NCBI GenBank assembly: GCA_038063735.1
Contig: JBBTUN010000001.1
Span: 9,751-73,750, forward strand
From: Patescibacteria group bacterium
GTDB lineage: Bacteria > Patescibacteriota > Microgenomatia > Curtissbacterales > GWA2-41-24
Length of the DNA: 64,000 nucleotides
Direction of reading: 5' to 3'
The first letter of the stretch is position 1. The number at the start of each line of letters is the position of its first letter. Shown here in pieces: positions 26,349 through 36,479 of this stretch. A program made the translations under genes and the position numbers. Under the pieces are notes generated by a model. It did not search any database. It was given only the letters and a program-made list of their open reading frames with translations, and had not been told where the DNA came from.

Positions 26349-27734
26349 TCATAAGTTTTGTCTTATTTTCTGGACAGTTTCTGCGGCTTTTTTAGGTGCA
26401 TAGCCTATATGTGTTTTGTAGTTTGATAAATTTTCTATTTCGGTAGCTTTTAGATATTTTAAGATTTTTTTATCCTGTTTTAAATTTTTAAAAAGATTAT
26501 TTTCACCTGTTTTTAGCATTTCGTCATAAACTTTCATAGAATGAAGTCTTAATATTTCGTGCATCTCCTGCCTACTTGCCCCGTTTTTCGTGCTTTTTAA
26601 TAGAATTGCTTCCAGGGCAGAAAATGGTCCAAATTGAGCCAGGTTTTTTTCTATATTTTTATTGTTTATGACTAAGTCTTTGACTATGGAACTGGTGATT
26701 GTAAGGATTTCGTCGAGTGCTAAGAAGCTGTCCGGTATCACAAGACGGCGGGATGCGGAATCGTCAAGCGTTCTTTCTAAAAGAGAGTTTGCTGCATTGT
26801 CCCAAGCGACTCGTGAAAGTGTTGCTATATAGCGGGCAAGGGAGCAAATACGTTCGGAATTTTGCGGGTTTCTTTTGAAAGGCATTGCAGACGACCCAAC
26901 TTGTTTTTCCCCAAAAGGTTCGGCGAGCTCCCCAAAGGGTGAAGATTGTAATATCCGCATGTCAAACGCAAATTTATTTAAGCTTTGGGCAATGGAGGAA
27001 AGAAGCGTCAGGACTAAAAAATCCAGCTTTCTTGGGTAAACCTGGCCAGTGATATCAAACGCTTCAATTCCTAAGTCTGTCAGCACATACTCTTCTAGTT
27101 TTTGTGCTTTTTTACCAAGAAGGGAGACATAACTTGCGCTATTTCCAACTGCTCCTTTCATACCTTTGCCCTTTATTTGTTTTTTTACATAATTTAGAAG
27201 TTCTAAGTCCATCAATAGATCCTGCGCGTAATAACTAAACCGATAACCCAAGGTAGTGGGTTCTGCGGGTTGAAGATGTGTGTAGGCCATGCAAACTAAG
27301 TTTTTGTTGGCATCTATTTTTTTGGCCCAGTTCGACAATAAATTTTTTAATTGTTTTTCTATGATTTCAAGCGCTGCTTTAAAGTTGATTGCGTCTGCAT
27401 TATCTTCAATGTCTTGAGATGTAGCCCCCAAGTGGATTTTTCCTCCTCCTATTTTTGCCTGGGCAGCGTATGTCATAACTTCTGCCATAAGGTCGTGTTT
27501 TAGGTCATGCTCAAATTTGTGGGCTGAATCTATGTCAATATTATTTTGATTTTTTACGATGTCTTCTAATTCGGCTTTGGAAACCAGCCCCATTTGGTTC
27601 TGAGCACGAGCCAAGGCAGCCCAGACTTTTCTCCACGTTTTTCTTTTATTAACTTCGGAAAATATTTGGCGCATTTTTACAGATCCATAGCGCCAGGAAA
27701 AGGGGGATTGATAACTGTCGTAAAAATTACTCAT
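26349..27734 (-). CDS. purB: Adenylosuccinate lyase
   Basis: HLGATSQD, THLQPA, GSSAMPFKRNP. Confidence 0.96.
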   Translation of the reverse strand: MSNFYDSYQSPFSWRYGSVKMRQIFSEVNKRKTWRKVWAALARAQNQMGLVSKAELEDIVKNQNNIDIDSAHKFEHDLKHDLMAEVMTYAAQAKIGGGKIHLGATSQDIEDNADAINFKAALEIIEKQLKNLLSNWAKKIDANKNLVCMAYTHLQPAEPTTLGYRFSYYAQDLLMDLELLNYVKKQIKGKGMKGAVGNSASYVSLLGKKAQKLEEYVLTDLGIEAFDITGQVYPRKLDFLVLTLLSSIAQSLNKFAFDMRILQSSPFGELAEPFGEKQVGSSAMPFKRNPQNSERICSLARYIATLSRVAWDNAANSLLERTLDDSASRRLVIPDSFLALDEILTITSSIVKDLVINNKNIEKNLAQFGPFSALEAILLKSTKNGASRQEMHEILRLHSMKVYDEMLKTGENNLFKNLKQDKKILKYLKATEIENLSNYKTHIGYAPKKAAETVQKIRQNL

Positions 27735-28837
27735 GTTAGTATATCTTTTAACCTATTTGATTTTACTGCTTCTTTGATTTCCATCGCGACTCTCCTGCCC
27801 ATACTTAAAGACTCTCCAAATAAGTATTTGCTGTATGGTGTTGCTGCAATTCCCGGGCTTCCGGGCATTCTGGGTGAAACGTCAAAAACAACTATCTCTT
27901 TTTTTGGCGGGCCAGGTGTTATTACAGATTGTAGGGAAAACGGACCTATTACTCCCGGTGCAAAAAGTTTTTTACAAGCCTTTACAAAATTTTCACCCGC
28001 AGCATGCGCCGGCTCCAGTAAAGATTCCAGCGAGGTGACTGCTATATGACCTGCTTCTTCATATTTAATATTGACTAAATTGTCCTTGAGAACCTTTTGC
28101 TGCAAATTGGAAGATAGTCTTAGAAGCCCGTCCAGATTTGTTTGTCTTCTTGTATCGGTTCCGATTAATTCCAAGCGATTTTTTATGGTTGAGTAAAAAA
28201 AGTTAAAATTTATTTGAACTCCTAAAACAAACTCTTCTATTACCGCGCTCTGAAGCGATTCATTAGTAATTAGACCTAAATTGAGTAGTCTTTGGGATTC
28301 ATGTAAATATCCTACAGGACTGTTTACTAGGAAAAAAGCTCTTTCGAACCCTCTTTCTTTTTCCGGTACCTTAACTATAACCAGCTTATCAATGTCTTTT
28401 GGATTTTTAAAAGCCTTTGGATATTTTATTCCCGCTTCATTCAATATATCGTACTGGTTTGGTTTTACGGTCCGCTCTTCTGAGCGCAGTAATTTTTTGT
28501 TTCCAAACATTGGAACTTTAAAATCATTTTCTATGGCATCGTAATCGTTTATGTAAACTTCGAAAGATCGATGGGGGATAAAGATGGAATTTTTGTTGAG
28601 AAGGATCTTTTGGTTATCGGCGTTGAGCAACTCTTTAAACTTGGATACTTCCAGTACCTCATCTACACATCCGATATCGCCTTGTGATTTGTAATAGTGC
28701 GAGTAAGTTTTGTCGCGACCTGGTTCAACTACTACAAGAGTCTTAAGGCCTTCATCCTTGGCACCGCGGCAAACGTCAAGGGCACTGTGGGACCCCAGGA
28801 CTGCTATTGTGTAATCTTTTATGCTTTTTGCTTTCAT
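27731..28837 (-). CDS. PurP-like ATP-grasp protein (second paralogue)
   Basis: IAVLGSHSALD, ERAFF, EEAGH, GPFSLQ, MGRRVAMEIKEA. Confidence 0.85.
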   Translation of the reverse strand: MKAKSIKDYTIAVLGSHSALDVCRGAKDEGLKTLVVVEPGRDKTYSHYYKSQGDIGCVDEVLEVSKFKELLNADNQKILLNKNSIFIPHRSFEVYINDYDAIENDFKVPMFGNKKLLRSEERTVKPNQYDILNEAGIKYPKAFKNPKDIDKLVIVKVPEKERGFERAFFLVNSPVGYLHESQRLLNLGLITNESLQSAVIEEFVLGVQINFNFFYSTIKNRLELIGTDTRRQTNLDGLLRLSSNLQQKVLKDNLVNIKYEEAGHIAVTSLESLLEPAHAAGENFVKACKKLFAPGVIGPFSLQSVITPGPPKKEIVVFDVSPRMPGSPGIAATPYSKYLFGESLSMGRRVAMEIKEAVKSNRLKDILT

Positions 28838-30108
28838 TTGTATATTACCTGACCTCTTTTTGGTCCTACCGAAATAAATTTAACAGGTACTCCTGTGTAT
28901 TTCTCTATTGCTTTGAGATAAATTTGTGCGTTTTTAGGTAATTTATCAAAAAATCTAACCGCCGTTATATCTTCTTTCCAACCTTTAAATTCCAGGTAAA
29001 CCGGCTTAATTTTTGCCAGACTTTGGGAATCATGCGGCGAGTATTGCACTTCTTTTGACCCTTGCTTATATTTTATGCAAAGTTTTAAAGATTTAAGACC
29101 GGATAAAACATCAAGTTTAGTGATCGCTAGTCCTGTTAATTTATTTGACTTTGCAGCGACTTTAACCAGAACCAAATCAAGCCAACCGGGGGAGCGCACA
29201 CGCCCTGTTGTCGTACCTACTTCCCTACCAATTTCTATTATTTTTTGGGCAATTTCCCCTTCCATTTTTGTAGGCATTGGTCCCCCTCCTACCCTGGTCG
29301 TGTAAGCTTTGGTTATCCCTATTACCTCTTTGATTTGGGTGGGGTGAATATCAAAACTCCTCCAAACGCCAACTACTCCGGGATTTGACGATGTAACGAA
29401 TGGGTATGTACCGGCATCTATATCTAAAAAATAACCCTGAGCACCTTCGAATAAAACATTTTTGCCGGAGTTTACTGCTTTCTGGACAATCGCAGATGTA
29501 GGGTGAATAAATTTTGAAATTCTTGCGGAGTATTTTTTGTAATCTTGATATACTTTGTCGGCATTTATTTTTAGATTAAAAAAAGCATTTTGGATTTTTA
29601 CCTCATCTGTAATTTTTTGCTTTAAATCTTTTGAACTTAGATCTTCTGCCAATAAACCTACCCTCTCTGTTCTGTCAGCATATGTTGGCCCTACGCCTCT
29701 GCCGGTTGTACCTACTTTGTTCGTGCGAAATTTTTCCCTTATTCCATCACGCATTTTATGCCAGGGCATTGTTAGTGACGCTTGCTCGTCGATTAATAAA
29801 TTTTTGTAAGATACTTTTGCTTTATCTAATTGATCTAATTCCCAGATTAAAGATTCAACATCAACTGCAACATTTCGACCAACAATACAGATTACACTTT
29901 TGTTAAAAATTCCGGACGGGATTATATGGAGCGCAAAATTTCCATACTGATTATTTACGGTGTGGCCCGTGTTTGATCCGCCATTATAGCGGGCAACAAT
30001 GTCGGCACGGTTGGACAGGTCATCAATTAACCGACCTTTGCCGGAGTCACCCCAATCGATACCCATTACAACTGTTGTTCCTTGCCAAGTTTTTAAATTG
30101 TTTTTCAT
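28834..30108 (-). CDS. purA: Adenylosuccinate synthetase
   Basis: WGDSGKG, GHT, FEGAQG, GTYPFVTSS, TRVGGGP, TKLDVL. Confidence 0.96.
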   Translation of the reverse strand: MKNNLKTWQGTTVVMGIDWGDSGKGRLIDDLSNRADIVARYNGGSNTGHTVNNQYGNFALHIIPSGIFNKSVICIVGRNVAVDVESLIWELDQLDKAKVSYKNLLIDEQASLTMPWHKMRDGIREKFRTNKVGTTGRGVGPTYADRTERVGLLAEDLSSKDLKQKITDEVKIQNAFFNLKINADKVYQDYKKYSARISKFIHPTSAIVQKAVNSGKNVLFEGAQGYFLDIDAGTYPFVTSSNPGVVGVWRSFDIHPTQIKEVIGITKAYTTRVGGGPMPTKMEGEIAQKIIEIGREVGTTTGRVRSPGWLDLVLVKVAAKSNKLTGLAITKLDVLSGLKSLKLCIKYKQGSKEVQYSPHDSQSLAKIKPVYLEFKGWKEDITAVRFFDKLPKNAQIYLKAIEKYTGVPVKFISVGPKRGQVIYK

Positions 30109-31124
30109 CAGTCTAATATTTTTTTTAGTTGATTTTTCTTAATTGCTTCTTTAATTTCCATAGCAATCCGTCTGCCGGTTGAAACATCATTATCATAATA
30201 AAGCGAAGCATACGGCGAACCATTGATAAATAAATTTGTACCCGCAACTATCCGACAGGAAATTTCTATAATAGAGAATTTTTGTTCGGGAGTAATAATT
30301 GTTTCTAAACAAAATGGTCCCCAAATTCCCCTGTTATTAATTATCTTTTTGGACGACTCAATTACCCTTTCGCCCATTTCGTAAGCTTGGGCGAGCAGAG
30401 ATTCACGAAGCGCCAAAGGTGAATTACCAACAACTACAAAGCTTGGTTCGATTCCCAGACCCGTTTGGTTTTGGACCGGGATTCTTCCTAACGAATCAAC
30501 ATTTGTTTCGTAACGTTTATCGATAGAAAGTATCTGCAGTTCTTGATTTATTGGTGAATAAAAGTAGTGAATGTATACTGGGACCCCGATAACATATTCT
30601 TGGACAATAAAATTTTTTGGTTTATATTTTTTTATTCTTCTATCAAAGTCGCTTTGGGTTTTAGCAAAGAAGTAGCCATGCCCGCCTGATGCTCCAAAAG
30701 ATTTTACAATAACCGGCCTATCAATTTTATCGCCTTTTTTGAATCTTTTCGGAATTGGAATAGCGGCATCCAGCATCCATTCCCTCTGAAGTTTTCTGTC
30801 CGATTCCCAATCTAAAACAGCCTTGTTGCCAAAATAAGGGACTTTCATTTTCTTATTTTCTTCGAGCCCTAAATAAGCAACAAAAGAACCGTGAGGAATG
30901 ATAATTGCGTTTTGATTGATTAAGTCTTTTTCTATATTTGGAAACTGTGCGTGATTTTTTATTTCTATGATTTTGTCTATGAATTTAAAACGCCTATAAA
31001 GCGCTATTTTATCTGGAGTGCAAATAAGGATTGCTTCGAAGCCTTCGTCGCGAGCGCCTTTTAAAATTTGAAGAGCAGAGTGCGAGCAAAGAGTAGCGAT
31101 CTTATACTTTTTTAGTGCCGCCAT
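30108..31124 (-). CDS. purP: Archaeal-type AICAR formyltransferase (formate/ATP dependent)
   Basis: IATLCSHSALQILKGA, IPHGSFVAY, RYETNVD, GPFCLE, RIVAGTN. Confidence 0.88.
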   Translation of the reverse strand: MAALKKYKIATLCSHSALQILKGARDEGFEAILICTPDKIALYRRFKFIDKIIEIKNHAQFPNIEKDLINQNAIIIPHGSFVAYLGLEENKKMKVPYFGNKAVLDWESDRKLQREWMLDAAIPIPKRFKKGDKIDRPVIVKSFGASGGHGYFFAKTQSDFDRRIKKYKPKNFIVQEYVIGVPVYIHYFYSPINQELQILSIDKRYETNVDSLGRIPVQNQTGLGIEPSFVVVGNSPLALRESLLAQAYEMGERVIESSKKIINNRGIWGPFCLETIITPEQKFSIIEISCRIVAGTNLFINGSPYASLYYDNDVSTGRRIAMEIKEAIKKNQLKKILD

Positions 31125-31206
31125 CCGTGAATTATATAGGAATTGTGGCTAAAATGCAAAAAGGCGAACTTGGTCCTTGATTTTAAGGTGGCTATAATGT
31201 AGTCTA

Positions 31207-31710
31207 ATGCACAAAGTTGCAATGGCAGTTAAAAGAAAACTAACAAAAATCGAGGATAAAAGCGTAAAAGCAACTGCCCAAACAAGCAAGCCAATACTCC
31301 TGGCGGTTTCGTCTATAAGAATGACGATCGCAAAGATCGCATCTTTTCAGATGGTATCCCAATTATTATCAACAGTATTTTATATTATATGGATTTTGGT
31401 TGGAATATTTTTTCTTTGGTTTATAGTTGCAAATTTCAGAGTGGGTGCATTTGATCAATTGATATCAAGACCGCAGCCCGTTAGTCAAACACCAGATCAA
31501 TCTCAAACTCCAGCAGAAACTGCAGTACCGGGTATTGGTAAAGTAAATGTAGCGTGTGTGCAAAAAAACTTAAGCGAGGAATCGATTGTAAAAATGGTTC
31601 AGGAAAAAAGTGATAAGAGTTTATCTGACGATGAAAAGAAAAAACTTGCAGAGTGTGTACTAGAGAAGGCTTCTCCAGTGACACAAGCTTCACCGTCACC
31701 AAAGCAGTAA
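31207..31710 (+). CDS. Hypothetical single-pass membrane protein
   Basis: 167-aa ORF with a central TM helix; TATAAT just upstream. Confidence 0.7.
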   Translation: MHKVAMAVKRKLTKIEDKSVKATAQTSKPILLAVSSIRMTIAKIASFQMVSQLLSTVFYIIWILVGIFFLWFIVANFRVGAFDQLISRPQPVSQTPDQSQTPAETAVPGIGKVNVACVQKNLSEESIVKMVQEKSDKSLSDDEKKKLAECVLEKASPVTQASPSPKQ

Positions 31711-31721
31711 CTGTTAGCTCC

Positions 31722-32819
31722 TTATCTCAAATCCAGAGTTTGCGCAGAAAAAGTAATGTTTTTGGGTTTAATAATAACTTGTCTTTCGCCTTTTTCGATA
31801 AAGCCGGCATCAAGTGGTAAAAATTTATTTTTTGAAATGATATTCATTGTTTTTTCTACGTCATTTTTACCAACGAACAGTGCGTAGTCCTGGCCCATGT
31901 TATATGTATCGTAAATTTCCGGATCTGTTAAACTCGCCTGCTCTTGAATAAAAACGAAGATTTCCTGTGGTGTAAATATTTTTTCGATAACATATGTAAA
32001 GTTTCCTCTTGCTCTCATAACTTTTCTAAGTCCATGGCCTGTGATGTTAGAAATATAGTGAATGTTTATATTCGAATCAAGAAGTTCTTGAATTAGGTGC
32101 GCGTATATATTAGTCTTTGTTAAAATCTCTTCTCCGTAAATTTTCCCGCTGGGTAGTTTTGTCCCGTAACCTTTTTTTAATTTTTTGGAAACTGCCCGTG
32201 CCAGAGACAGTCCGTTTGCGTTGATTCCATTGGATTTTATAAAAATTATTCTATCGCCAGCTTTTAATTTATCGTCCGTGATTAAATATTTCTTATTCTT
32301 TATAAGCCCGATTGCGCTACCACCAAGATCTATCGTATTCTTTTCCACTATACCTTTAAGAGTTGGTGTTTCTCCGCCACCCCATGTTGCACCGGAAATT
32401 CGACACGCACTCGCCCACCCTAAAATTAAATCTGACATCCTTTTTTCGTCTAACAACCAGGCGTTGTCTTCTATTGCCCAGTACGCATGCAGGACAAGAG
32501 GCTTTGCACCAACAGAAATTAAATCGTTAATAATTGATGCAACCGTATCGTGGCCAATGATATCGTAATAAGTTTTTCCAGTAATTTTTCTTGTTTCGTC
32601 TGCAACCAAATTTTTTGTTCCTAAGCCTTCAACCACCGATGCCAGCAGTTGTTTTCCAACTTGCCATACAAAAGCGGATTCCCCACGGGATTTAGTAATT
32701 TCACTAAAATTGGCATTTTCGATTTTTGTTTCTCGGGCTGCAACTTGCGCCAGTTTTTTAATGGGATCTTTTGTATCGTAGTTGTCTCCCACCTTGGAGT
32801 AAGTTATTTTTTTATTCAT
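31722..32819 (-). CDS. purM: AIR synthetase
   Basis: EGLGTK, GGETP, SNGINANG, NITGHG, YNMG; start placed at ATG 32819 (ATGA overlap). Confidence 0.9.
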   Translation of the reverse strand: MNKKITYSKVGDNYDTKDPIKKLAQVAARETKIENANFSEITKSRGESAFVWQVGKQLLASVVEGLGTKNLVADETRKITGKTYYDIIGHDTVASIINDLISVGAKPLVLHAYWAIEDNAWLLDEKRMSDLILGWASACRISGATWGGGETPTLKGIVEKNTIDLGGSAIGLIKNKKYLITDDKLKAGDRIIFIKSNGINANGLSLARAVSKKLKKGYGTKLPSGKIYGEEILTKTNIYAHLIQELLDSNINIHYISNITGHGLRKVMRARGNFTYVIEKIFTPQEIFVFIQEQASLTDPEIYDTYNMGQDYALFVGKNDVEKTMNIISKNKFLPLDAGFIEKGERQVIIKPKNITFSAQTLDLR

Positions 32820-33604
32820 GAGTGACTTGCAAATTTTACCAAATTGTCGAAAATATACTTTCCGGTTAAATTTATTTCTGATTTTTGAAATCTTCGCCAA
32901 TTTGGATGTTGCGTAACATCCACAAGTTTCTCCGGATGAGGCATCATACCAAAAATTCTCCCGGTTGGGTCACAAAGTCCTGCTATTGCTTTGATGGAAC
33001 CACTTGGGTTGTATGGATAATTTTGAGTCTGGTTACCGTTTCGGTCAATATATCGGGCTACTACCAAATTATCTTTTTCTATTTTGTTAATAATTTTATT
33101 TGGTGCCAGTAATTTGCCTTCGCCATGATTAACTGCTATGTCCAGTCCATCTTTGGGTAGGCTAACCTTGTTGAGAAAAATGCACTTACTCTCTTCCAGC
33201 TTAATTTTGACCCACCTGCATTCAAAATGTCCACTTTCGTTTTGGGCGAGCGTAACATTCATTTTGCCTATTTTGTTGTATGGTAATAAACCCGTCCGGA
33301 CTAATGTTTGGAAACCGTTACATATGCCGAGAATTAAGCCTCTTTGGTTAATAAACTCTTCTAGCTGATTTTTTAAAAAAGAAATTAATTCGATAGCAAG
33401 AATTTTGCCACTAGCTAAATCGTCTCCGTATGAGAATCCTCCCGGCAGAGCAAGTATTTGGAAGTCCTTTAATTTCTTTGATTTATCCCTTAATTCATTT
33501 ACTTGAACAAACTTGGGATTACCTCCAAATTTTTCAAAAGCGTAATAAAGCTCTTGGTCACAATTGGTTCCATCGCTTCTTAATATGCAAACTTTAGGCT
33601 TCAT
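32816..33604 (-). CDS. purQ: FGAM synthase glutaminase subunit
   Basis: GTNCD, PGGFSYGD, GICNGFQ, GMMPHPE. Confidence 0.95.
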   Translation of the reverse strand: MKPKVCILRSDGTNCDQELYYAFEKFGGNPKFVQVNELRDKSKKLKDFQILALPGGFSYGDDLASGKILAIELISFLKNQLEEFINQRGLILGICNGFQTLVRTGLLPYNKIGKMNVTLAQNESGHFECRWVKIKLEESKCIFLNKVSLPKDGLDIAVNHGEGKLLAPNKIINKIEKDNLVVARYIDRNGNQTQNYPYNPSGSIKAIAGLCDPTGRIFGMMPHPEKLVDVTQHPNWRRFQKSEINLTGKYIFDNLVKFASHS

Positions 33605-36432
33605 GAATGGAATATCTCCTTCATGGGTTTTTGCCATACCTGCTTTAGCTTATCAACTGATATGCTTACAATTTGTTTCTTACCGGATTTAATCTTGATA
33701 GTTTTTTCTTTTTGAGTCTTTCCAATTATTTTGTGTGGAATTTTGGAAAACAAACTTTTTGTCGCTTTTTCATCTTTTACCTCTAACAAAAATGTTCCCG
33801 GTGTTTCTGAAAACAAGATAAATTCACTTCTTGTTTTCTTGTCTATTTGTGATAGGTCAATTGAAGCACCACAGGCTCCTCCAAAACACATTTCCGAAAT
33901 GGCAGATATTAAACCGCCTTCAGAAATGTCGTGTATAGATAATATCTTGCCGGACTTTGCCGAAGCAGTTATTGTCGATAGGACTTTTGGTAACAATTTA
34001 AGGTCTACTTGGGGAATTTTTGCTGATTTTGACCCAGTGATGTCAAAATAAATTGTGCCTCCTAAGTTTTTGAGATCACTTTTTCCTACCAAAACAACTA
34101 TAGAGTTTGTGGATTTAAAATCTGAGGAAATTGTTTTTGATACATCGGGGATTTTCCCAAAAACGGATATTAAAAGAACCGGTGGAATTTTTAAAGTTTT
34201 TCCATCTGGGTAACGATATGTTGATGATAGGCTATCTTTACCGGAGACAAAAGGCATTTTTAGTAAATTTGCGAAATCCACACACGCATCAACAGATTTA
34301 TCCAGATCGGCTAAAGACTCCTCGTCCGGAAATGGCCAAATAAAATTATCTATTAAGGCTGCGTCTTTTAAATCTCCGCCTATGGCCACATAATTTGAAA
34401 CTGCTTCCGTTAGCGCCCAGATACTGCCCCAATAAATATCTATATTGTTAAGAACAGGATTTAAGCCGTGAGTTGTTATTACCCCGTAAGGTTTGGACAA
34501 CATTGGCTTGATTGCCACACCATCGTTTGGAGCATCAAGATCTGCTCCAGAAAATGGATAAAGGGCTGTTGTTCCTTGAACATTATGGTCGTACATCCTG
34601 ACAATTGGTTCTTTAGATGCAATATTTGGATGAGAAATTATTTTTTTAATGATTGATTCGTAGTCTTTAATTTTTTTTGGCAATTCTTCATTTATCTTTA
34701 TTGATTTTGACCTTCCAACCATATGCCTCTGGGGAAGACCATTGTGTAAAAATTGCATTGACAAATTTGCAACCATCTCCTTTTTGTAATTTATTATTAG
34801 TTTATTTGAGTTGGTAATTTTGCCGATTTGGGCAAAAGGAACGTTGTACAAGTCACAAATTTTTTCTACATTTTTTAAATTCTTTCCTGATATTGCTATA
34901 ACCATTCTTTCTTGTGATTCAGATAAAAATATTTCCCATGGAGCAAGGTTTGGATATTTTAATGGTACCTTTGCAAGTTGAATTTCTGCTCCAGTTTTCT
35001 TGGCCATTTCTCCTACCGCCGATGAAAAACCGCCTGCTCCACAATCCGTAATTGATGAGATCAAGTTTTGATTTTCCATTATTAAAATTGCATCAATCAC
35101 CCTTTTTTCCTCAATCGCATTCCCAATTTGCACCGCGCTTCCGGATATATTCATTGTTTTGTCCGACATTTCTGCCGATGAAAATGTCGCTCCATGTATG
35201 CCATCCCTTCCGGTTGCCCCACCCATAGTTATGATTAAATCTCCAATTTGTGGTTCTTTTTTAGTAGCACTCTTTTTGGGCAATACTCCATATGATCCAA
35301 CGGCGACGGTTGGTTTTGCCCTAAAATCATTATGAAAATGAATAGACCCATTGTTTGTCGGGATGCCTACCCTGTTTCCATAGTCCCTAACTCCTGCAAC
35401 AACTCTTCTTAAAAGGTAGGCCGGGGGTAAACAGCCTGGAGGAGTGTTTATGGAGTCCATGTCCGGATTTGCAAAGCAAAATATATCGGTCGAAATTATG
35501 GGTTTTGCCCCTTGACCTGTTCCTAAAATATCCCGGAAAACCCCGCCGGAACCGGTCATTGCGCCACCATATGGTTCAATTGCCGATGGGCTATTGTGTG
35601 TTTCCACTTTTCCGTTTATCGCATACCCATCATAAAAATCAATAACGCCTGAGTTGTCGACAAAAGCGCTTATAATTATTTTCTTATTGTTTTTAGCGGT
35701 TGATTTTATTCTTTCAAACAACGGCTTTTTTAGCTTACCGTCAATTGTTAATTTTGCGTTAAATGTCTTATGGACACAGTGTTCGCTCCAAGTTTGTGCA
35801 AGAATTTCTATTTCACAATCTGTTGGATCCCTATTAATTTTTTGAAAATATGCTCTTATTATTTTCATTTCTTCAAGGTTTAAAAATAACTTGTCTTTTG
35901 AAAGTTGCATAAGTTTTAGATCGTTAAGTTTTCTTATCGGAATTATTTTTGTTTTTTGAGGTTCTCCGCCGATTACTAGAGTTTTTGGTGGGGTTTTGAC
36001 TATATGTTCAACAGTTTTATTTACCAGTAATTTGTTTATTATTTCACTAATTAGATTTTCATTTACTTTTCCAAAAAAAGCATATTCGTAAGAAGAATCG
36101 GCTGCGAGTAATTTTATGCCAAGGTCGCTAGCCGCTTTAGTAATTGATGCAACCTCTGGATTCATAACACCCGGTTTATAGGCAACCTCTACAGTTTTAT
36201 TAGCTTTGTAAATAGGTTTTCTGTAGGATATTATTTGATCGATTGGTTCGTAAAGGGCTTTTTCTGCTAACTTTTTAACATCTCTTTGAGAAATTCCCTC
36301 AAGCCTGTAAACTTTTGAGGTTTTGATACTTGTTATCGAATTATTTTTGAATGTTCTTTTTATTTCCGCGAGAAGTTCTTGTCCTTTTGAATCTGTCTTA
36401 CCGCTTGAGGCTATTCTAATGGTTGCGATCAT
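33601..36432 (-). CDS. purL: FGAM synthase PurL with N-terminal PurS-like extension
   Basis: QTWSEHC, ETHNSPSAIEP, GRDGIHGA, DCGAGG, SESQERM, GKDSL, HDISEGG. Confidence 0.95.
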   Translation of the reverse strand: MIATIRIASSGKTDSKGQELLAEIKRTFKNNSITSIKTSKVYRLEGISQRDVKKLAEKALYEPIDQIISYRKPIYKANKTVEVAYKPGVMNPEVASITKAASDLGIKLLAADSSYEYAFFGKVNENLISEIINKLLVNKTVEHIVKTPPKTLVIGGEPQKTKIIPIRKLNDLKLMQLSKDKLFLNLEEMKIIRAYFQKINRDPTDCEIEILAQTWSEHCVHKTFNAKLTIDGKLKKPLFERIKSTAKNNKKIIISAFVDNSGVIDFYDGYAINGKVETHNSPSAIEPYGGAMTGSGGVFRDILGTGQGAKPIISTDIFCFANPDMDSINTPPGCLPPAYLLRRVVAGVRDYGNRVGIPTNNGSIHFHNDFRAKPTVAVGSYGVLPKKSATKKEPQIGDLIITMGGATGRDGIHGATFSSAEMSDKTMNISGSAVQIGNAIEEKRVIDAILIMENQNLISSITDCGAGGFSSAVGEMAKKTGAEIQLAKVPLKYPNLAPWEIFLSESQERMVIAISGKNLKNVEKICDLYNVPFAQIGKITNSNKLIINYKKEMVANLSMQFLHNGLPQRHMVGRSKSIKINEELPKKIKDYESIIKKIISHPNIASKEPIVRMYDHNVQGTTALYPFSGADLDAPNDGVAIKPMLSKPYGVITTHGLNPVLNNIDIYWGSIWALTEAVSNYVAIGGDLKDAALIDNFIWPFPDEESLADLDKSVDACVDFANLLKMPFVSGKDSLSSTYRYPDGKTLKIPPVLLISVFGKIPDVSKTISSDFKSTNSIVVLVGKSDLKNLGGTIYFDITGSKSAKIPQVDLKLLPKVLSTITASAKSGKILSIHDISEGGLISAISEMCFGGACGASIDLSQIDKKTRSEFILFSETPGTFLLEVKDEKATKSLFSKIPHKIIGKTQKEKTIKIKSGKKQIVSISVDKLKQVWQKPMKEIFHS

Positions 36433-36479
36433 CAAGCAAGATTTTTCCTTATAATTAGATAATACATAGTGTTTTTACT

